From: a virus
Reading direction: 5' to 3' (one strand)
IMG/VR virus record: IMGVR_UViG_3300000176_000001
DNA length: 64,000 bases
The notes beneath the pieces were generated by a model. It was given only the letters and a program-made list of their open reading frames with translations. It had not been told where the DNA came from and ran no database searches. Shown in pieces: positions 60,885-64,000 of the stretch (position 1 is the first letter of the stretch; each line of letters begins with the position of its first letter). The position numbers and the translations under genes are program-made.

Positions 60885-62516
60885 TTATAAAAATTGGTTT
60901 TCATCACTCATAAGCCAATTCCTTACAGGACCATCAACAATGACCTCTAGTGAGTCCCCATCGTCGACGAACCCAAAAGGAGTTAGATCATTCATTATAT
61001 CATCTTCTGTTCTGTCTCTAAGCTTCATAAGGGTATTTATGTTGGTGTATTCTTTGAAATACTGCTGCTCGGTCATCCAGGCAAATAGGACTAGACCCAT
61101 AGTCAGGTCATCGTGGTTTCCAGGCTCAGCCTCATAACTGTTAAGATGCTTGGAGAATGTACCAAATTCCTTGATAGTATTAAAGTCGTTTATGATAAGC
61201 TGATTCTGCTCGACTAAAAGCTTAAGAAGTGAGCAGCCGACTGACTTGACTGGCTTTGTTGTACGGACACCCTTATCGATATTTGCACCAAAGCCTGCAG
61301 TGATTCTTTTTCCAGCCCTGCCGGCATTCTCAGTAAAGACTAGGTTATCATACTCAAAGTCGGAGTGAAGCGAGTGTGCAACCTGCTCTCCGATATCATT
61401 GATCTCGACTAAGACTGATGCTTGGTTATATCTCTTGGCTATCTGGAATATAAACTCAGCATAGTCAGCAGGTGTTATGAAGTTATTCCTAAACACACAT
61501 ACTTGCTCGTATGGCATCTTGGTCACATCTATCACACTAAATGCCGAGTAGTCAAGACCCTTTCCTCTGGACACGTCTGCTACTATAGAGTATATGTGAC
61601 CCTCTTCTGGCATAGTATATACAGTTAGACCTTCTTTGTCATAGATATGATTCTTAGCCACGAGCTCCTTTAGTTTCCAACCAGCAATCAGCGTGCCAGA
61701 ACTTCCCATAAACTCTACACAGTACTCTTGCTCAAATTTCTCTGAGTCGAAGTTCATTGAGGATAGTGTTTGCTGCTTCCACTTCTCATCTCGGCCAGGG
61801 ACATCATACCACATCACGCGAATAGGATTATAACCATTCTTTCCATTCTGGGCATTTTCCCAGGTTGCATAGAAGTGATTTAGTCCATTCGGCGTAGATA
61901 CTAGTACGATCTTAGATTCTTTGCCCGACGAGATTGTAGGATAAACCGATGTGAAGAACTCATCCCAGTTCTCAATAAAGGCAGCCTCATCGATAAAGAG
62001 TAGATTGATAGAATAACCACGGATAGCGTCTGCAGACGTAGCTGAGGCGATAACTCTTGAGTTATTCTCGAGAACGAATGATCCCTTATTCCACTCGATC
62101 ACACCCTGCTGTAACCACTTAGGAAGATGCTGATATGCGAGCTGAACACGGCCAAGAATCTCTCTGGCCGTGTCACCTTTATTAGCGAGAAGGGCAACTG
62201 TCTTATCACCATGAAATATAATATACCAAAGGATAAACGCGCAAGTAGTTGTGGACTTACCAGCCTGGCGCGCTGTAGCTATAACAGTAAATCTGTTGTC
62301 CTTCATTGACCTCAGCATCTCTTTCTGATAGTCATATAGTATAAAGTTTATAAGACCAACATCAACGTTGATGATCTTCATATATGTTTCAGTAAAATAT
62401 ATAGGGTCTTGAGCACACTTAATGTACTCAGTGATCATAGCCTCATCAAATTGTATCTTTTGATTGGAACGCTTTATGAGAGCATTGCCATTATAGCTCT
62501 TAACTTGCGGTTCCAT
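60885..62516 (-). CDS. 17: Terminase large subunit gp17
   Basis: RQAGKST, FIDEAAF, STPNGLNHFY, DVSRG, HDDL. Confidence 0.97.
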   Translation of the reverse strand: MEPQVKSYNGNALIKRSNQKIQFDEAMITEYIKCAQDPIYFTETYMKIINVDVGLINFILYDYQKEMLRSMKDNRFTVIATARQAGKSTTTCAFILWYIIFHGDKTVALLANKGDTAREILGRVQLAYQHLPKWLQQGVIEWNKGSFVLENNSRVIASATSADAIRGYSINLLFIDEAAFIENWDEFFTSVYPTISSGKESKIVLVSTPNGLNHFYATWENAQNGKNGYNPIRVMWYDVPGRDEKWKQQTLSSMNFDSEKFEQEYCVEFMGSSGTLIAGWKLKELVAKNHIYDKEGLTVYTMPEEGHIYSIVADVSRGKGLDYSAFSVIDVTKMPYEQVCVFRNNFITPADYAEFIFQIAKRYNQASVLVEINDIGEQVAHSLHSDFEYDNLVFTENAGRAGKRITAGFGANIDKGVRTTKPVKSVGCSLLKLLVEQNQLIINDFNTIKEFGTFSKHLNSYEAEPGNHDDLTMGLVLFAWMTEQQYFKEYTNINTLMKLRDRTEDDIMNDLTPFGFVDDGDSLEVIVDGPVRNWLMSDENQFL

Positions 62517-62919
62517 TTTTCATATTCTCTATGGCTTTTTGAAGCTCGGCTGTTGAGCCTACAAATAAGTTATTTGTTATATTCTTGGCTTCTTCATTGT
62601 TTGGAATATCAGCACCCTGAATATCCTTGATTTTCTTATGGAGCTCTATGAGATCCTTGTTAGCATCTAGCATGGTCTTAAAGAGGCCACCTAGGACTTC
62701 AAAGGCTCTAGGGTGCTGGCTCTGATCTGCTATCTGAGATAGTTTCTCAATAGCATAGGTTCCATTCTGCATGATCTCATGAATGTTAGTTCTAGCTATA
62801 TTGAAGTCTGCCATGGCACTATCGTCTTGTGCCTTGGCTACTATCTGCCTCACTTGATCATTCATTGGTGTTAAATTTAGTGCTTTGCCAATCGAATCAT
62901 TATTACTTGAGTCTGTCAT
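62500..62919 (-). CDS. 16: Terminase small subunit gp16
   Basis: HPRAFEV, NNLFVGSTAELQK. Confidence 0.93.
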   Translation of the reverse strand: MTDSSNNDSIGKALNLTPMNDQVRQIVAKAQDDSAMADFNIARTNIHEIMQNGTYAIEKLSQIADQSQHPRAFEVLGGLFKTMLDANKDLIELHKKIKDIQGADIPNNEEAKNITNNLFVGSTAELQKAIENMKNGTAS

Positions 62920-63746
62920 GTTGTTGTATCTACTGTTGATGTTATATAACCAAAATCGCTTGTAGCAGTGATTAAGTTAGGATCTATAGAATTTGCAATA
63001 TTAGATGTAGGTTGCCCATTCGCTGTAAGTCCAGGTTGTACTGCTGTAAACTCTGATGGAGAAGTATTTCCTATAGCTGTTGCCACGTTTCCTGATGGAA
63101 CATAAACAACAGTATTAGCAAATTTAATAATTGCACCAGACTTAACTGGTCCGTATATATATCCTTTTAGAGTAAAGTCTAGTGTCCACACCATTTGTTG
63201 TCTTTCAGTAAAAGAACCATCATATGTGTCCTCGTGTGAAACTGAATTAAGAACAACAGGTATATCCATAGTTATGTCCATCTCCGGTATAAGATGAACT
63301 GAAGTTGTCCAGTCAGGAGTGAAGAATGGAAGTATTTGTTCTAATATCTTAGTTCCGTCTTCAGCGTTCTTCACTGCAATATATAACCTAAATCCAAAAT
63401 TATATGGAACAGGACTATATTGATACTTCATATTATTAGGGTTTAAAGCATCTGAAGCTATAGTTTTTCTAATAGTATTAAGTTTTCTACTACTATCATA
63501 TATTAAACTAGTCATCTCAAATGACATAAGGGGTAATGTTATTACTGCCGTTTGTCTATTGATATTAGGATCCTGTTGGGATCTTGCTATCATTTTATCT
63601 TTAGGTGCATATGTTATAGGAACTTTAATAAATTCTGTAATAGTACCATTACTATCATTTCTTGTAATAGCTATATCATCAAACAGCGTTCCAAACAGAG
63701 TAACATATTTTCTTATTAGAGAAAAATAAAAAGTCTGCTTAAACAT
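62916..63746 (-). CDS. 15: Tail sheath stabilizer gp15
   Basis: FGTLFDDI, KVPITYAPKDK, PVPYN, ILEQILPFFTP. Confidence 0.93.
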   Translation of the reverse strand: MFKQTFYFSLIRKYVTLFGTLFDDIAITRNDSNGTITEFIKVPITYAPKDKMIARSQQDPNINRQTAVITLPLMSFEMTSLIYDSSRKLNTIRKTIASDALNPNNMKYQYSPVPYNFGFRLYIAVKNAEDGTKILEQILPFFTPDWTTSVHLIPEMDITMDIPVVLNSVSHEDTYDGSFTERQQMVWTLDFTLKGYIYGPVKSGAIIKFANTVVYVPSGNVATAIGNTSPSEFTAVQPGLTANGQPTSNIANSIDPNLITATSDFGYITSTVDTTT

Positions 63747-64000
63747 CAGACGCTCCCCTCACTAAATGGATCAACAGAGCTAAAGTCTATGAATGAGCTA
63801 GATCCCATTGGATAATTATTTGAACCGTCCTTTAATGTCTGATTGACTTCACCTGGAACAGCAAAGTCGGCATAACTTTCCATGACGAGATAGTTGTTAT
63901 CGCCCTCATCGATAAGGTGATTTCCCTGCTCATCAATGATTGACCAATTAAGTATATTAGTGCTGAAGTTTGTTTGCAGAGAATCAATAGCATCAATACC
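63746..64000 (-). CDS. 14: Neck protein gp14, C-terminal part (partial)
   Basis: Frame ends ...FIDFSSVDPFSEGSV*, TGATG-coupled to gp15; synteny. Confidence 0.75.
   Translation of the reverse strand, partial: GIDAIDSLQTNFSTNILNWSIIDEQGNHLIDEGDNNYLVMESYADFAVPGEVNQTLKDGSNNYPMGSSSFIDFSSVDPFSEGSV

Overview
A 64-kb segment of a T4-like myovirus genome, almost all on the minus strand. The host is very probably an alphaproteobacterium: tRNA-His lacks G-1 and has G1:U72/A73, and there are DUF1127 and Omp25/RopB-like genes. Reading along the minus strand, from right to left: (1) the head/tail core (gp14-gp23, gp3); (2) uvsY, uvsW, 55, 47, 46 and a peptide deformylase; (3) a DNA base-hypermodification cluster built around a T4-gp42-type dCMP hydroxymethylase; (4) 45, 44, 62 and regA; (5) a ~14-kb island (19.3-33.5 kb) with 28 apparently intact tRNAs for all 20 amino acids, 2 chimeric tRNAs, many structured ncRNA-like spacers and endonuclease insertions; (6) lysis genes, Hsp20, gp43, uvsX and gp41; (7) putative internal head proteins. 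The most striking unannotated signal lies at the head of the tRNA island. It is a leaderless 35-codon ORF (33399-33506) that uses 19 of 20 amino acids and 28 different codons, and its stop codon sits in an antiterminator that competes with an intrinsic terminator. This is the architecture of a translation-coupled attenuator that could sense loss of almost any tRNA. Other highlights: three tandem covarying Y-RNA-like units upstream of a DUF2828 (TROVE/Ro-like) gene; ORFs that use U8-A9-G10 of a tRNA as their stop codon; a split tRNA-Thr; a Sec/allo-like tRNA-Ser; and a 103-aa module shared between gp22 and an internal head protein. All calls come from reading the sequence by eye; no searches were run.
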